From Gemmatimonadota bacterium (GTDB taxonomy: Bacteria; Gemmatimonadota; Gemmatimonadetes; Palauibacterales; Palauibacteraceae), in contig JAVVDU010000010.1 of assembly GCA_032251515.1 (NCBI GenBank), positions 5,244-69,243 on the forward strand: a stretch of 64,000 nucleotides of DNA. The letters run 5' to 3'. The notes under the pieces are model-generated. The model had not been told where the DNA came from. It saw nothing but the letters and a program-made list of their open reading frames with translations, and searched no databases. This document shows, in pieces, positions 1 to 11,160 of this stretch (position 1 is the first letter of the stretch; every line of letters starts with the position of its first letter). The position numbers and the translations under genes were made by a program.

Positions 1-1204
1 CGCGCGCCACGTAGAGCAGCGGGCTCTCGCAGCGCCAGCAGTGCGGGTAGCTGTGGCGGAGCGTCCCGGCGCGCTCGAGAAGTCCCCGCGCGTCGAGGAG
101 CTCGAGGAGCCGCTCGTCGGCGTCCTTGACGAACCGGCCGCCGACCTCCCGGACGTCCGGCTCGAAACGCCCGGCGTCATCCACCGGGCGGACCACGGGC
201 AGGCCGGCCGAGCGCCCCAGCTCGAAGTCGTCCGCACCGAACGCGGGCGCGATGTGCACCAGCCCCGTGCCCTCCGCATCGCTCACGAACCCGGCGGGAA
301 CCAGGCGTCCGGTGCGCTCCCGGTACGAAGGGAGCAGGTCGAGCGGCCGCTCGTAGACCAGCTCCGCCAGCTCCGCGGCTTCCACGTCGCGGACCACGCG
401 CGCGTCCTCCCCGAGCAGGCTCGCCACGCGGGACCGGCCGAGCACGTACCTCTCCCCTTCCCGCTCCACCTCGACGTACGGGACATCGGGCCCGAACGCG
501 ACCGCCACGTTGGAGACGAGGGTCCACGGCGTGGTGGTCCAGACGAGCAGGTACCGGCCGGGCTCCCCGGCGACCGGAAAGCGGACGGTGACCGAGGGGT
601 CGGTGCGGTCGGCGTACCCCTGCGCGACCTCGTGGCTGGACAGGCCCGTGCCGCAGCGCGGACAGTAGGGGAGCACCTTGTGTCCCCGGTACAGCAGGCC
701 CTTGCGGTCGATCTCGGACAGCGCCCACCACACGGACTCCACGTACTCCGGCGTGAAAGTCACGTAGGGCCGGTCGTAATCGAGCCAGTAGCCGATCCGC
801 CGCGACAGGCGCTCCCAATCCTCCTTGTACGTGAACACGTTCTCGCGGCAGATGCGGTTGAATTCCGCGATTCCGATCCGCTCGATCTCGGGCTTGCCCG
901 AGATGCCGAGGTGCTTCTCCGCCTCGATCTCCACCGGCAGCCCGTGCGTGTCCCAGCCGGCGATGCGCGTGACGTGGAAGCCGCACATCGCCCGGTGACG
1001 GGCCACCGTGTCCTTGATCGTGCGCGCGAGGACGTGGTGGACGCCGGGCCGGCCGTTCGCCGTGGGCGGCCCCTCGTAGAACACGAACGAAGGCGCTCCC
1101 TCGCGCTGCCGCAGGCTCTCGTGGAAGGTGTCCTCGGCGGTCCACCGCTCGAGCACCTCCTGCTCGAGCGCGCCTATGGAATCGGGCAGCGGCGGATAGG
1201 ACAT
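1..1204 (-). CDS. ileS: isoleucine--tRNA ligase, N-terminal part; gene continues past the window start
   Basis: Not in the ORF track because it runs off the 5' edge. Hand translation of the minus strand from ATG at 1204..1202 gives MSYPPLPDSIGALEQEVLERWTAEDTFHESLRQREGAPSFVFYEGPPTANGRPGVHHVLAR... The PPTANG.PG.HH class-I aaRS signature is of the IleRS type seen in the FCB group and Thermus. The divIVA-ileS linkage is conserved. ORF 41..1228(+) is its same-phase antisense shadow. Confidence 0.75.
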   Translation of the reverse strand, partial: MSYPPLPDSIGALEQEVLERWTAEDTFHESLRQREGAPSFVFYEGPPTANGRPGVHHVLARTIKDTVARHRAMCGFHVTRIAGWDTHGLPVEIEAEKHLGISGKPEIERIGIAEFNRICRENVFTYKEDWERLSRRIGYWLDYDRPYVTFTPEYVESVWWALSEIDRKGLLYRGHKVLPYCPRCGTGLSSHEVAQGYADRTDPSVTVRFPVAGEPGRYLLVWTTTPWTLVSNVAVAFGPDVPYVEVEREGERYVLGRSRVASLLGEDARVVRDVEAAELAELVYERPLDLLPSYRERTGRLVPAGFVSDAEGTGLVHIAPAFGADDFELGRSAGLPVVRPVDDAGRFEPDVREVGGRFVKDADERLLELLDARGLLERAGTLRHSYPHCWRCESPLLYVAR

Positions 1205-1206
1205 GG

Positions 1207-1770
1207 TCAGTGCCCGGACTCGGCGTGACCGCCCCCGTCCCCGGCGTCGGCCGGGGTCCCGTCGGCGCGGGCTTCGCCGCCGGCCTCCGGAGCCGGGTCC
1301 CGCGGGTCCGGCCGTCGCCGCTCCTCCTCGTCCAGCTCGGCCAGGAAGCGTTCCGCCGTGGAACGCAGCGCCCGCAGCAGCCCCGCCCGTCGCGTCTCGA
1401 GCCCTGCGAGCTCCCGCCGCGCCTCGCGGAGGGCGAGATCCGTCTCGCGCCGGATCCCGGCCGCGTCCTGCTCCGCTTCGCGGATCCGCGACTCCGCCGA
1501 CCTCTCGGCCTGCCGCCGGGCCTCCTCGCGCAGCTCCTGCGCGGTGACCAGCGCCTCGTTCAGCGCCCGTTCCCGCTCCCGGAACGCCTCGAGCTGCTCC
1601 TCCTGGGCCTCCAGCCGGTCTCGCAGCCGTGCCTCCTGCCCCACCAGGTCATCGAGCCGCTCGGCCACGAGGTCGAGGAAGCCGTCCACCTGCCCGGGAT
1701 CGTACCCGCGCACCACGCGGCGGAAGTCCTCCTTCTTCTTCCGGACGTCCAGGGGCGTGAGTTCCATCAT
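1207..1770 (-). CDS. divIVA: DivIVA domain cell-division protein
   Basis: MMELTPLDVRKKKEDFRRVVRGYDPGQVDGFLDLV... is the canonical DivIVA N-terminus, followed by a coiled coil. The ATGA overlap with the yggS stop puts the start at 1770. Confidence 0.85.
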   Translation of the reverse strand: MMELTPLDVRKKKEDFRRVVRGYDPGQVDGFLDLVAERLDDLVGQEARLRDRLEAQEEQLEAFRERERALNEALVTAQELREEARRQAERSAESRIREAEQDAAGIRRETDLALREARRELAGLETRRAGLLRALRSTAERFLAELDEEERRRPDPRDPAPEAGGEARADGTPADAGDGGGHAESGH

Positions 1771-2507
1771 CGTTCCGGCCTCTCTCCCACGAGGATCGTG
1801 CCCAGACGCACCTCGGTACTCCCTTCCTCGATCGCGATCTCGAAGTCGTTGCTCATCCCCATCGACAGCACGGAGGCGTCATGCCCGAAGATCTCCTCCC
1901 GGCAGCGCCGAAAACACTCGGCGGTGCGCCGAAACGTGGCGCGCAACACGTCCTCGTCCCCGGTAAACGGTGCCATCGTCATCAGGCCGCGCACCGCGAG
2001 ACCGGGCAGCTCGCACACCCGGGCCACCTCCGCCGGCGCCGAGTCCACCGGAAATCCGCCTTTCGCTTCCTCGCCCGAGGCGTTCACCTGCACGAGCACC
2101 GGCAGGGGCTCACGACCGGCGCGCTCCGCCTCGAGCGACAGGCGGCGGGCGAGGCGCCGCGAGTCGACCGACTCGATGACATCGAACAGGGCGACGGCCC
2201 GCGCCGCCTTGTTCCGTTGCAGGTGCCCGACCATGTGCCAGCACAGCCCCAGCGTTCCCAGGGCCTCGCGCTTCCGCTCCGCCTCCCCCACGCGGTTCTC
2301 GCCGATCGCGGCGAACCCCGCCTCCGCCACGGCGCGCAGCACCCCGGCGGAGTGCCCCTTGGTGATGGGCAGTACGCGAACCGCGGCCGCGTCGCGGCCG
2401 CTGCGCTCCGCCGCCCTTTCCACCCGGGTCCGGACCCGGGCGATGCGCTCCCCCAGCTGGGTCTCGTTCACGGCGCGGAGTCTAGCCGCCGGGATGGGGC
2501 CGGGCAA
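1767..2507 (-). CDS. yggS: YggS/YlmE family PLP-binding homeostasis protein
   Basis: Alanine-racemase-N fold motifs (VLPITKGHSAG, HMVGHLQRNKA, LMTMAPF, SMGMSNDFEIAIEEGST). Conserved position upstream of divIVA. Confidence 0.85.
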   Translation of the reverse strand: MPGPIPAARLRAVNETQLGERIARVRTRVERAAERSGRDAAAVRVLPITKGHSAGVLRAVAEAGFAAIGENRVGEAERKREALGTLGLCWHMVGHLQRNKAARAVALFDVIESVDSRRLARRLSLEAERAGREPLPVLVQVNASGEEAKGGFPVDSAPAEVARVCELPGLAVRGLMTMAPFTGDEDVLRATFRRTAECFRRCREEIFGHDASVLSMGMSNDFEIAIEEGSTEVRLGTILVGERPER

Positions 2508-2636
2508 CGCGCCCGGGAAGGCGCGGCGGCGACGCGTACCGGACCGGATGCGACAGGGCCGGCCACGCGCGGCGCGGCCGGCCCCTCTGCGGTGGCGTCC
2601 CCGTCCGACGGGACCCGGCCCCGGGGGCCGGCGGAA

Positions 2637-3359
2637 TCAGCTCGTGATTCTCCAGTCGATCCGCTGCGCCACCCACACGCCGACGGGCTTGTCACGGTTC
2701 ATCGCGGGCGAGAAGCGCATCTGTTCCACCACCTGCTGCGCGGCATTGTCGAACGCCGGGTAGCCGCTCGACTTCTGGACCTGCGACTTGGCCGCGCGTC
2801 CGTTCTCGTCCACGAACACCCACAGCGTGACCTCGCCCGTGATCCCGGCCTCCCGCAGCATCGGCGGGTACAGCCGCTGCAGGACACGCGAGATCTCCGC
2901 GCCGTTCTTCATCCGCGGCTCCACGTCGCGCGGGATGTAGGAGGGCACGTCGGACGGCCGGGCGCCCTCGGGCGGCGGCGGCAGGTTCTCGACCGGGTTG
3001 TCCTCGAAGGTGGTCGGCGCGATGGTGACGTCCTCGTCCATGTTCACGTCCGCCGACACGCGCGGCGTAGCCGGGCGGGCGATCTGCTCCGGCGGCGGCG
3101 GGATCTTCACCTCGGGCGGCAGGTCGATGGACACGATCTCGTCGGTCACCGTGCCGATGTCGGCCGCCTGCAGCTGCGGGAACCAGGCGAACAGGGCGAA
3201 ATGGAGGAAGATCGCCCCCAGCACGCCCATCCACGTCCATCCGCCGTACGCCTGCTTGAACCGGTCGTTCGCCGTGAGCCAGGCGGCATCGCCTTCCCGG
3301 CGCTCCTTCAGCCGGTTTCTCCGGGCTCCACTGTCCTCGAGAGGGTTGTTCATCGTCAC
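2637..3359 (-). CDS. tonB: energy transducer TonB
   Basis: N-terminal TM segment, a Pro-rich spacer (PPEVKIPPPPEQ...PPPPE) and a TonB C-terminal domain (GEVTLWVFVDENGRAAKSQVQKSSGYPAFDNAAQQVVEQMRFSPA). ATGA coupling with the upstream exbD. Confidence 0.8.
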   Translation of the reverse strand: MTMNNPLEDSGARRNRLKERREGDAAWLTANDRFKQAYGGWTWMGVLGAIFLHFALFAWFPQLQAADIGTVTDEIVSIDLPPEVKIPPPPEQIARPATPRVSADVNMDEDVTIAPTTFEDNPVENLPPPPEGARPSDVPSYIPRDVEPRMKNGAEISRVLQRLYPPMLREAGITGEVTLWVFVDENGRAAKSQVQKSSGYPAFDNAAQQVVEQMRFSPAMNRDKPVGVWVAQRIDWRITS

Positions 3360-3799
3360 CTCCTCGCGCGCTGCACGCGCTGCTCGACTCGCGTGGCGAA
3401 CGTGACGCGGACCGCCCCCGCCGCCTGCAACTGCTTCGTCACCGTGTTGATGTCGGTGTACGGGACGTCCCGGTCTCCCCGGATCGCGACCACGAGCTCG
3501 CGGTTCTCCGAATAGATGGGCCGGATGACCTCGGAGATGATCTCCTGCGGCACGACCTGGTCGTTGATGAACACCGTGCCGTCCTGGTCCACCCAGACGT
3601 GCAGGATGTTCTTGCGCTTCTCATCGATCTTCTGAGTAGCCTGGGCCGTCGTCCAGTCGATCGGAACGTTCCGCTCGCGGCGGAACACGGTCGAGACCAT
3701 GAAGAAGATCAGGAGGAGGAACGCGATGTCCGCCATCGACGAGGACGGGATCTCGCTGTCCGCACCCGACTTCCGGCTGAAGCCCTTTCCCTTCGCCAT
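3356..3799 (-). CDS. exbD: biopolymer transporter ExbD/TolR
   Basis: ADIAFLLLIFFMVSTVF TM segment plus the ExbD periplasmic domain. Second of two tandem exbD copies. Confidence 0.85.
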   Translation of the reverse strand: MAKGKGFSRKSGADSEIPSSSMADIAFLLLIFFMVSTVFRRERNVPIDWTTAQATQKIDEKRKNILHVWVDQDGTVFINDQVVPQEIISEVIRPIYSENRELVVAIRGDRDVPYTDINTVTKQLQAAGAVRVTFATRVEQRVQRARR

Positions 3800-3800
3800 C

Positions 3801-4223
3801 TCACTCCTCGAGCATCTGCAGGGAGATCCGCTCGGCGCCCGCCAGCTTCACTTCGTCCAGCACGTTGATCATGTGCCGGTAGGCGGCCCCGGGATCCGTC
3901 TTGATCGCGGCGATCAGGTTCGCGTTCTGCTGCAGCTCCTGCCGCAGCAGCACGTCGACCTGGTCGTAGGGAATCACCTGCTCCTCCTGGCTCTCGCCCC
4001 GCTTCACGGTCACGGAGCCGTCCGGCCGGATGAGGAAGAAGATGATGTTCTTCGCGGACACTTCCTGAGTCTCGGCCTCCTCGGGGAGGACGATCGGAAG
4101 GCCCTTCTCCTCGTTGAACACCGTGGTGGTGAGGAAGAACACGAGGAGCAGGAACGCGATGTCCGCCATCGAGGCCGTCGGAATCTCGTCCGACACCCGT
4201 TCCTTCCGCTTCAGGATCGCCAT
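3801..4223 (-). CDS. exbD: biopolymer transporter ExbD/TolR
   Basis: MADIAFLLLVFFLTTTVF... ExbD family, a paralog of the downstream copy. Confidence 0.85.
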   Translation of the reverse strand: MAILKRKERVSDEIPTASMADIAFLLLVFFLTTTVFNEEKGLPIVLPEEAETQEVSAKNIIFFLIRPDGSVTVKRGESQEEQVIPYDQVDVLLRQELQQNANLIAAIKTDPGAAYRHMINVLDEVKLAGAERISLQMLEE

Positions 4224-4303
4224 CGTCGCTCTTTCGTCCTGGGGTTCGGCCCGGCTCCGTGCCGTGATCTACCCGCGGGGGGCACCCGCGGTCCGGCTCA
4301 CGC

Positions 4304-4951
4304 TCAGAGCCGCTGCTCCTTCTGGAGGCGCCAGATCAGGTCGAGCACCGCCTGCGCCCCCTTCTCCATGTCCGAGATCAGCGTGTCCACCCGTGACACG
4401 AAGTAGTTGTACGCCACGTGCACGGGAATGGCGATCGCCAGGCCCGATGCGGTGGTGATCAGGGCGATCTTGATGCCCGACGCGACGAGCGCGGGCTCCA
4501 CCTGCCCGGCCTCCTCGATCGCGGCGAACGCGGCGATCATTCCGATCACCGTGCCCAGGAAGCCGAGCATCGGCGCCACGTTCGCGATCGTGGCGAGCAC
4601 CGTGAGGCCTCGCTCGAGAAAGTCCAGCTCGATCGTTCCGGTGGTCGAGATCGCCTTGCCGATCTCCTTCTGCGAGCCACCTTCCTTCACGCGCCGCAGG
4701 CCCGTCAGCAGGATGGCGGCCACGGGGCCTCGCGTCTCGCGGGCCAGCTGGATCGCGTCGTCGAGCCGGCCGCCCTCGCCGAGCTCCTGGATTTCGGCCA
4801 GCAGCTTCTTCGAGTCGCGGTGCGCCACGAGGAGCGTCCACGCCTTGGCGAGAATCACGCCCAGGGCGACGAGCGAGCAGAGGACGAGCGGGAGCATCAT
4901 GAAGCCCCCGTCGTGGTAGATCGTCAGCAGCTCGTAACTGGTGTCTTGCAC
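4304..4951 (-). CDS. exbB: MotA/TolQ/ExbB proton channel
   Basis: Three TM helices, with the conserved ATIANVAPMLGFLGTVIGM and TTASGLAIAIPV motifs of ExbB/TolQ. Confidence 0.85.
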   Translation of the reverse strand: MQDTSYELLTIYHDGGFMMLPLVLCSLVALGVILAKAWTLLVAHRDSKKLLAEIQELGEGGRLDDAIQLARETRGPVAAILLTGLRRVKEGGSQKEIGKAISTTGTIELDFLERGLTVLATIANVAPMLGFLGTVIGMIAAFAAIEEAGQVEPALVASGIKIALITTASGLAIAIPVHVAYNYFVSRVDTLISDMEKGAQAVLDLIWRLQKEQRL

Positions 4952-5036
4952 GCGATCCGCTCCGTTGTCCGACGGTTCCTCCCACCGGCGCCGAGTCGAT
5001 CCAGTCTACGGCGCGCTCCGAATCCCGTCAACGCAC

Positions 5037-5879
5037 TCAGCCGCCCCCGCCGGCCAGCGCCGACTCGTGCCCGCCCTCGGCCGACGCGGCCGGCGGTGGC
5101 GCGGGCTCCGCCTCCCCGCTCCCCGTCTCGAGGCGCCGGTGGAGCTCGTCGGGCTTCAGGCCCCGGAACAGGCGCCCTCCACGCGCCAGCGAGATCTGTC
5201 CCGTCTCCTCGGAGATCACGACGACCTGGGCGTCCGTCTCCTCCGACAGCCCGAGGGCCGCACGGTGGCGCGTCCCCAGGGCCCGGTCCACGGCAGGCGA
5301 CTCCGACAGGCGCAGGATGACCGAGCCCGCGTACGCGATCTTGTCGCCCTTCACGATCACCGCCCCGTCGTGCAGCGGCGAATACGGCGTGAAGATCGTC
5401 GCGAGCAGCTCGGCCGTCAGGGTCGCGTCGATCGGCGTCCCGTGATCGACGTGGTCGAGCAGGTTCACCTCCTGCTCGATCGCGATGATGCCGCCCACCT
5501 TCGCCCGGGCGAGCCGGTCGGCGGCCCGCACCACCTCCTCGAGAACCTCCTGCCGCTCCAGCCGCGCGAACAGCTGGAACAGCCGGCTGCGGCCCAAACG
5601 GGCGAGCGCCGCGCGGAGTTCCGGCTGGAAGATCACGATGAGCGCGAAGGCGCCGTACGTGAAGATCTGCGACAGGAGGTACGGGATCAGGCGGAGGCCG
5701 AGCGCACCCGAAGCGACGTAGACGGTGACGAGCAGGACGAGGCCCACGAGGACCTGGAAGGCGCGCGTCCCGGTGTAGACGAGCAGGATGCGGTATACGA
5801 TCCAGGCGACGATCAGGATCTCGGCGAGATCCTTCCAGTCGAGGCGCAGAAAGCTGAAGTACTCGAACAGCGCCTGCAT
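5037..5879 (-). CDS. cdaA: diadenylate cyclase (c-di-AMP synthase), CdaA type
   Basis: Three N-terminal TM helices plus a DisA_N domain (LHDGAVIVKGDKIAYAGSVL..., GTRHRAALGLSEETDAQVVVISEETGQISL). Confidence 0.85.
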   Translation of the reverse strand: MQALFEYFSFLRLDWKDLAEILIVAWIVYRILLVYTGTRAFQVLVGLVLLVTVYVASGALGLRLIPYLLSQIFTYGAFALIVIFQPELRAALARLGRSRLFQLFARLERQEVLEEVVRAADRLARAKVGGIIAIEQEVNLLDHVDHGTPIDATLTAELLATIFTPYSPLHDGAVIVKGDKIAYAGSVILRLSESPAVDRALGTRHRAALGLSEETDAQVVVISEETGQISLARGGRLFRGLKPDELHRRLETGSGEAEPAPPPAASAEGGHESALAGGGG

Positions 5880-5900
5880 CGCCCGTCCCCTCCGTTCCGC

Positions 5901-6815
5901 TCAGCCGCCCGGCATGCCCGCCGGGACCGGGGGCACCGTGCCGGACGGCGTCGTCCGGCGGATCCGCTCCGCGAGGTCCAGGGCCCGTCGCACTGCCGCC
6001 ACGTCGTGCACCCGGAACAGGCGGGCGCCCCGCTCGAGGGCCGCCACGCAGGCGGCGAGCGTGCCCTCCAGGCGCTCCCGCAGGGGAAGGCCGAGAAGCT
6101 CGCCGATGAACGACTTGCGCGATGGCCCCACCAGCACCGGATACCCGAGCCCGGCGAACGTGCCGCAGCCGGCGATGAGCTCCAGGTTCCCCTCCGGCGA
6201 CTTCCCGAACCCGATGCCCGGATCCACCACGATCCCGTCCGCCGGGACGCCCCGCTCGCGGGCCAGGGCGGCGCGGCCCTCCAGGTAGCGGGCGACCTCC
6301 GGAACGAGCGCGCCGTAGCTCACGTCGTCCTGCATAGTGCGCGGGTCCCCCCGCATGTGCATCAGCACGAGGCCCGCTCCCGTGCGGGCACACAGGTCGG
6401 CGATGCCCGGCGATGCGGACAGCGCGGACACGTCGTTCACGACCACCGCACCGGCGTCCAGGGCCCGCGCGGCGACCTCCGGCTTCGTCGTGTCCACCGA
6501 GACGGGAACAGCCTCCGCGGCGAGCGCCGCCACCACGGTCCCGATCCGCCGCCACTCCTCGGCGGCGTCCACGGCCGCGGCGCCGGGACGCGTCGACTCC
6601 CCGCCCACGTCGACCAGGTCCGCGCCCTCGTCACACATGCGGCGCGCATGGGCGAGCGCGGCTCCGGGATCCCGCCAGCGACCGCCGTCGGAGAAGGAGT
6701 CCGGCGTGAGGTTCAGGATCCCCAGCACGACGGGCCGCTCGAGCGCGAACCGCCGGTCACGGGCCCGCCAGCTGCCGAACGGCGGGCGCCCGGTCCGCGG
6801 CGGCTCGTTCGACAC
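5901..6815 (-). CDS. folP: dihydropteroate synthase
   Basis: Pterin-binding motifs ILNLTPDSFSDGG, DVGGESTRPGA, SVDTTKPEVA, GAVVVNDVS, GIGFGK. Confidence 0.9.
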   Translation of the reverse strand: MSNEPPRTGRPPFGSWRARDRRFALERPVVLGILNLTPDSFSDGGRWRDPGAALAHARRMCDEGADLVDVGGESTRPGAAAVDAAEEWRRIGTVVAALAAEAVPVSVDTTKPEVAARALDAGAVVVNDVSALSASPGIADLCARTGAGLVLMHMRGDPRTMQDDVSYGALVPEVARYLEGRAALARERGVPADGIVVDPGIGFGKSPEGNLELIAGCGTFAGLGYPVLVGPSRKSFIGELLGLPLRERLEGTLAACVAALERGARLFRVHDVAAVRRALDLAERIRRTTPSGTVPPVPAGMPGG

Positions 6816-6817
6816 CG

Positions 6818-8806
<1,989 letters not shown>

Positions 8807-8836
8807 GTCCGTCCGTTCCCTCCGGCCCCGCGGCCG

Positions 8837-9424
8837 TCAGCTCTCGATCTTCGCCACGAAGGGCAGGTGCCGGAAGTCCTCGGCGTGGTCCAGCCCGTAG
8901 CCGACGAGAAAGTCCGGCGGGGCGTCGAACCCCACCCAGCGTGCGTCCAGGGACAGGTCCCGGGCCAGGTGCTTATGCAGCAGTGCGCACAGCTCCAGGG
9001 AGGCGGGCCGCCGCTCCCGCAGCGCCCCCGACAGCCGCCGGATCGTATTGCCGCTGTCGACGATGTCCTCGACGAGCAGGATGTGCCGGCCTTCGATCGG
9101 CGCCGTCGGGTCGTACAGGAGCTTCACGTCGCCCGAGCTCGTGGTGCCCGCGCCGTAGCTCGAGGCCACGATGAAGTCCACGTGCAGCGGCCGCTCGATG
9201 CAGCGCACCAGGTCGCTCAGGAAGATGAACGACCCCTTGAGCAGTCCCAGGACGAGCAGGTCTTCCCCCGGCGGGTAGTGCGCCGTGATGGAAGCGGCCA
9301 TCTCGCGCACCCGGCGGGCGATGTCGTCCGGAGTGTATACGACGGAGTGGAGCGGCTGCCCGCCGTTCCGGGCCAGCCAGCCGCGGACCGTCTCCGGAAC
9401 CGCTCCGGTCGCTCGCTCAGACAT
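8837..9424 (-). CDS. hpt: hypoxanthine phosphoribosyltransferase
   Basis: PRPP-binding motif ILLVEDIVDSGNT. Conserved tilS-hpt-ftsH synteny. Confidence 0.9.
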   Translation of the reverse strand: MSERATGAVPETVRGWLARNGGQPLHSVVYTPDDIARRVREMAASITAHYPPGEDLLVLGLLKGSFIFLSDLVRCIERPLHVDFIVASSYGAGTTSSGDVKLLYDPTAPIEGRHILLVEDIVDSGNTIRRLSGALRERRPASLELCALLHKHLARDLSLDARWVGFDAPPDFLVGYGLDHAEDFRHLPFVAKIES

Positions 9425-11030
9425 CCTCGACCTCGATCCACAGGTTTGCGTCCGGAGCCGGCACGGCGTCCGCGGCCGTCGCTACCCCCTCGACCCACAG
9501 CACCCGACCCGCGCGATCCGCGAGCACGAACCGGCGCCGCCGGTCCTCCCGGGGCACGCGCGACTCGCCGAACGTCTTCTTCAGCTTTCGCGTCCCGGCG
9601 GTCGTACGAATCCGCTGGCCCGGCAGCCAGGGCCCCAGGCTGAGGGGAAAATGCCCGCGTGGAACGCGCAGGGCAACGCGCGCGACCGCCCCGCCGGTTC
9701 CCGCCGGCGCCTCGCCGCTCCAGCGAATGCGTGCCACCCGGTCGCCCGCCCGCGCGGCGCCCCTTCCCCGCACGCCCGCCATGCGCAGGGCATCTCCTGC
9801 GCCTGCGCCCGGCATCCGCCGGACCGGGTCGCCGGCCGGGCCGGTCGGGCCACGCAGCACGATCTCATCGAACGAACGCTCCAGCCACAGGCCGCCACCG
9901 ACGTCCACCGTGCCGCCGCTCGGGCCCCGCCTGATAAACTCCTCCCCGGCCCGGGTTCCTCCCCGCGTGAGGTCGATGCCGGACGCCCGCGCCAGGCGGC
10001 GCAGCGCCCTCGCGCGCAGCTCCCGGGGGGCTTCGCCGAGGATGTCCCGGTCGAGGCGCACGGACCCGGCGGACGCGGACTCCCGAGCCGCGCGCCGCAG
10101 CAAGACCGCGGCGCGTGCATCGAGGAACCGGTCCACCCGGCGGGCTTCGTCCGCGAGACGGCACAGGTCCCCCACCACGTCGGTCCCGTCGGCCGACAGC
10201 CGACCGAGCACCCGCCGCATGCGCGTCCGGGTCCAGCGGAGATCCTCGTTCGCCGGATCCGCCTCGGCCATCACGCCGCGCGATGCGACGAACCCGGCCA
10301 GCTCCGACCGCCGGATTCCGAGCAGCGGCCGCACGAAGGGGCCCCGCCGCCAGGGAATGCCCGCGAGTCCCCGCAGCCCCGTGCCCCGCAGGACGCGGAA
10401 CAGCACGGTCTCCGCCTGGTCGTCGGCCTGGTGTCCGAGCGCGATGCGGTCCGCGCCCGCCACACGTGCCTCCCGGCGCAGGAAGGCGAGCCGGGCATCA
10501 CGGAATGCCGCCTGGGACCGACGCAGCGGCCGGGCCGGCGCGCCGAGGCGACATGGCACCCCGAGGCGGGCCGCCGTGGCCGCGCAGCGGCGGGCGACGT
10601 CGGAGGATCCGTCCCGCAGGCGGTGATCGAAGTGCGCCGCGTGCAGGGTGAGCCGCCGTTCCGCCCGCAGCTCCGCGAGCAGCAGGAGAAGGGCCGTGGA
10701 ATCGGGGCCGCCCGAGAAGGCGACGAGCACGCGGGAGCCATCCGGCAGGAGGTCCGGCCGGGCGGCGAGGGCGGCACGGAGCTCCTCCGCCGGACCCCGT
10801 GCACTCCGGGCCCGGTCCGGGTGACGCGCCGTCAGTCGGTGTCGCGCCCGGGCCGTGGCGCGGCGGAGGGGGGGAGGACGTCCCGCCAGCGGCTCGCGCC
10901 CCGGTGAAACCGCAGGCGCTGCGGGACCGGAACCGGCGCTCCGCGCGCCGCGGGCGGCGCGGCGGATCCGGCCGGCCGGGGCGCCACGGGCCGCGGCGGC
11001 GCGGCGGCGAGCTTGCGGTCCTGCGACCAC
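9417..11030 (-). CDS. tilS: tRNA(Ile)-lysidine synthetase; start uncertain
   Basis: PP-loop VLVAFSGGPDSTALLLLL, then HFDHRLRDGS and the TilS substrate-binding region. The maximal ORF is given. SGGPDS lies about 105 aa in with no canonical start nearby, so the true start is probably near 10790; a small ORF, 10832..11152, fills the gap to frr. Confidence 0.8.
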   Translation of the reverse strand: MVAGPQARRRAAAARGAPAGRIRRAARGARSAGSGPAAPAVSPGREPLAGRPPPLRRATARARHRLTARHPDRARSARGPAEELRAALAARPDLLPDGSRVLVAFSGGPDSTALLLLLAELRAERRLTLHAAHFDHRLRDGSSDVARRCAATAARLGVPCRLGAPARPLRRSQAAFRDARLAFLRREARVAGADRIALGHQADDQAETVLFRVLRGTGLRGLAGIPWRRGPFVRPLLGIRRSELAGFVASRGVMAEADPANEDLRWTRTRMRRVLGRLSADGTDVVGDLCRLADEARRVDRFLDARAAVLLRRAARESASAGSVRLDRDILGEAPRELRARALRRLARASGIDLTRGGTRAGEEFIRRGPSGGTVDVGGGLWLERSFDEIVLRGPTGPAGDPVRRMPGAGAGDALRMAGVRGRGAARAGDRVARIRWSGEAPAGTGGAVARVALRVPRGHFPLSLGPWLPGQRIRTTAGTRKLKKTFGESRVPREDRRRRFVLADRAGRVLWVEGVATAADAVPAPDANLWIEVEDV

Positions 11031-11160
11031 CCGCGCCCCTTGCCCCGCACGTAGATGTCGAGGGCGCGCCCCGCGTCGAGCGGGCGCGGCAGCGGGGGAC
11101 GCCGGTCGGCGTCCGGATCCGTCGTCGGGCGGACCGGTGGAGCATCTTCGCGCATGTCGA

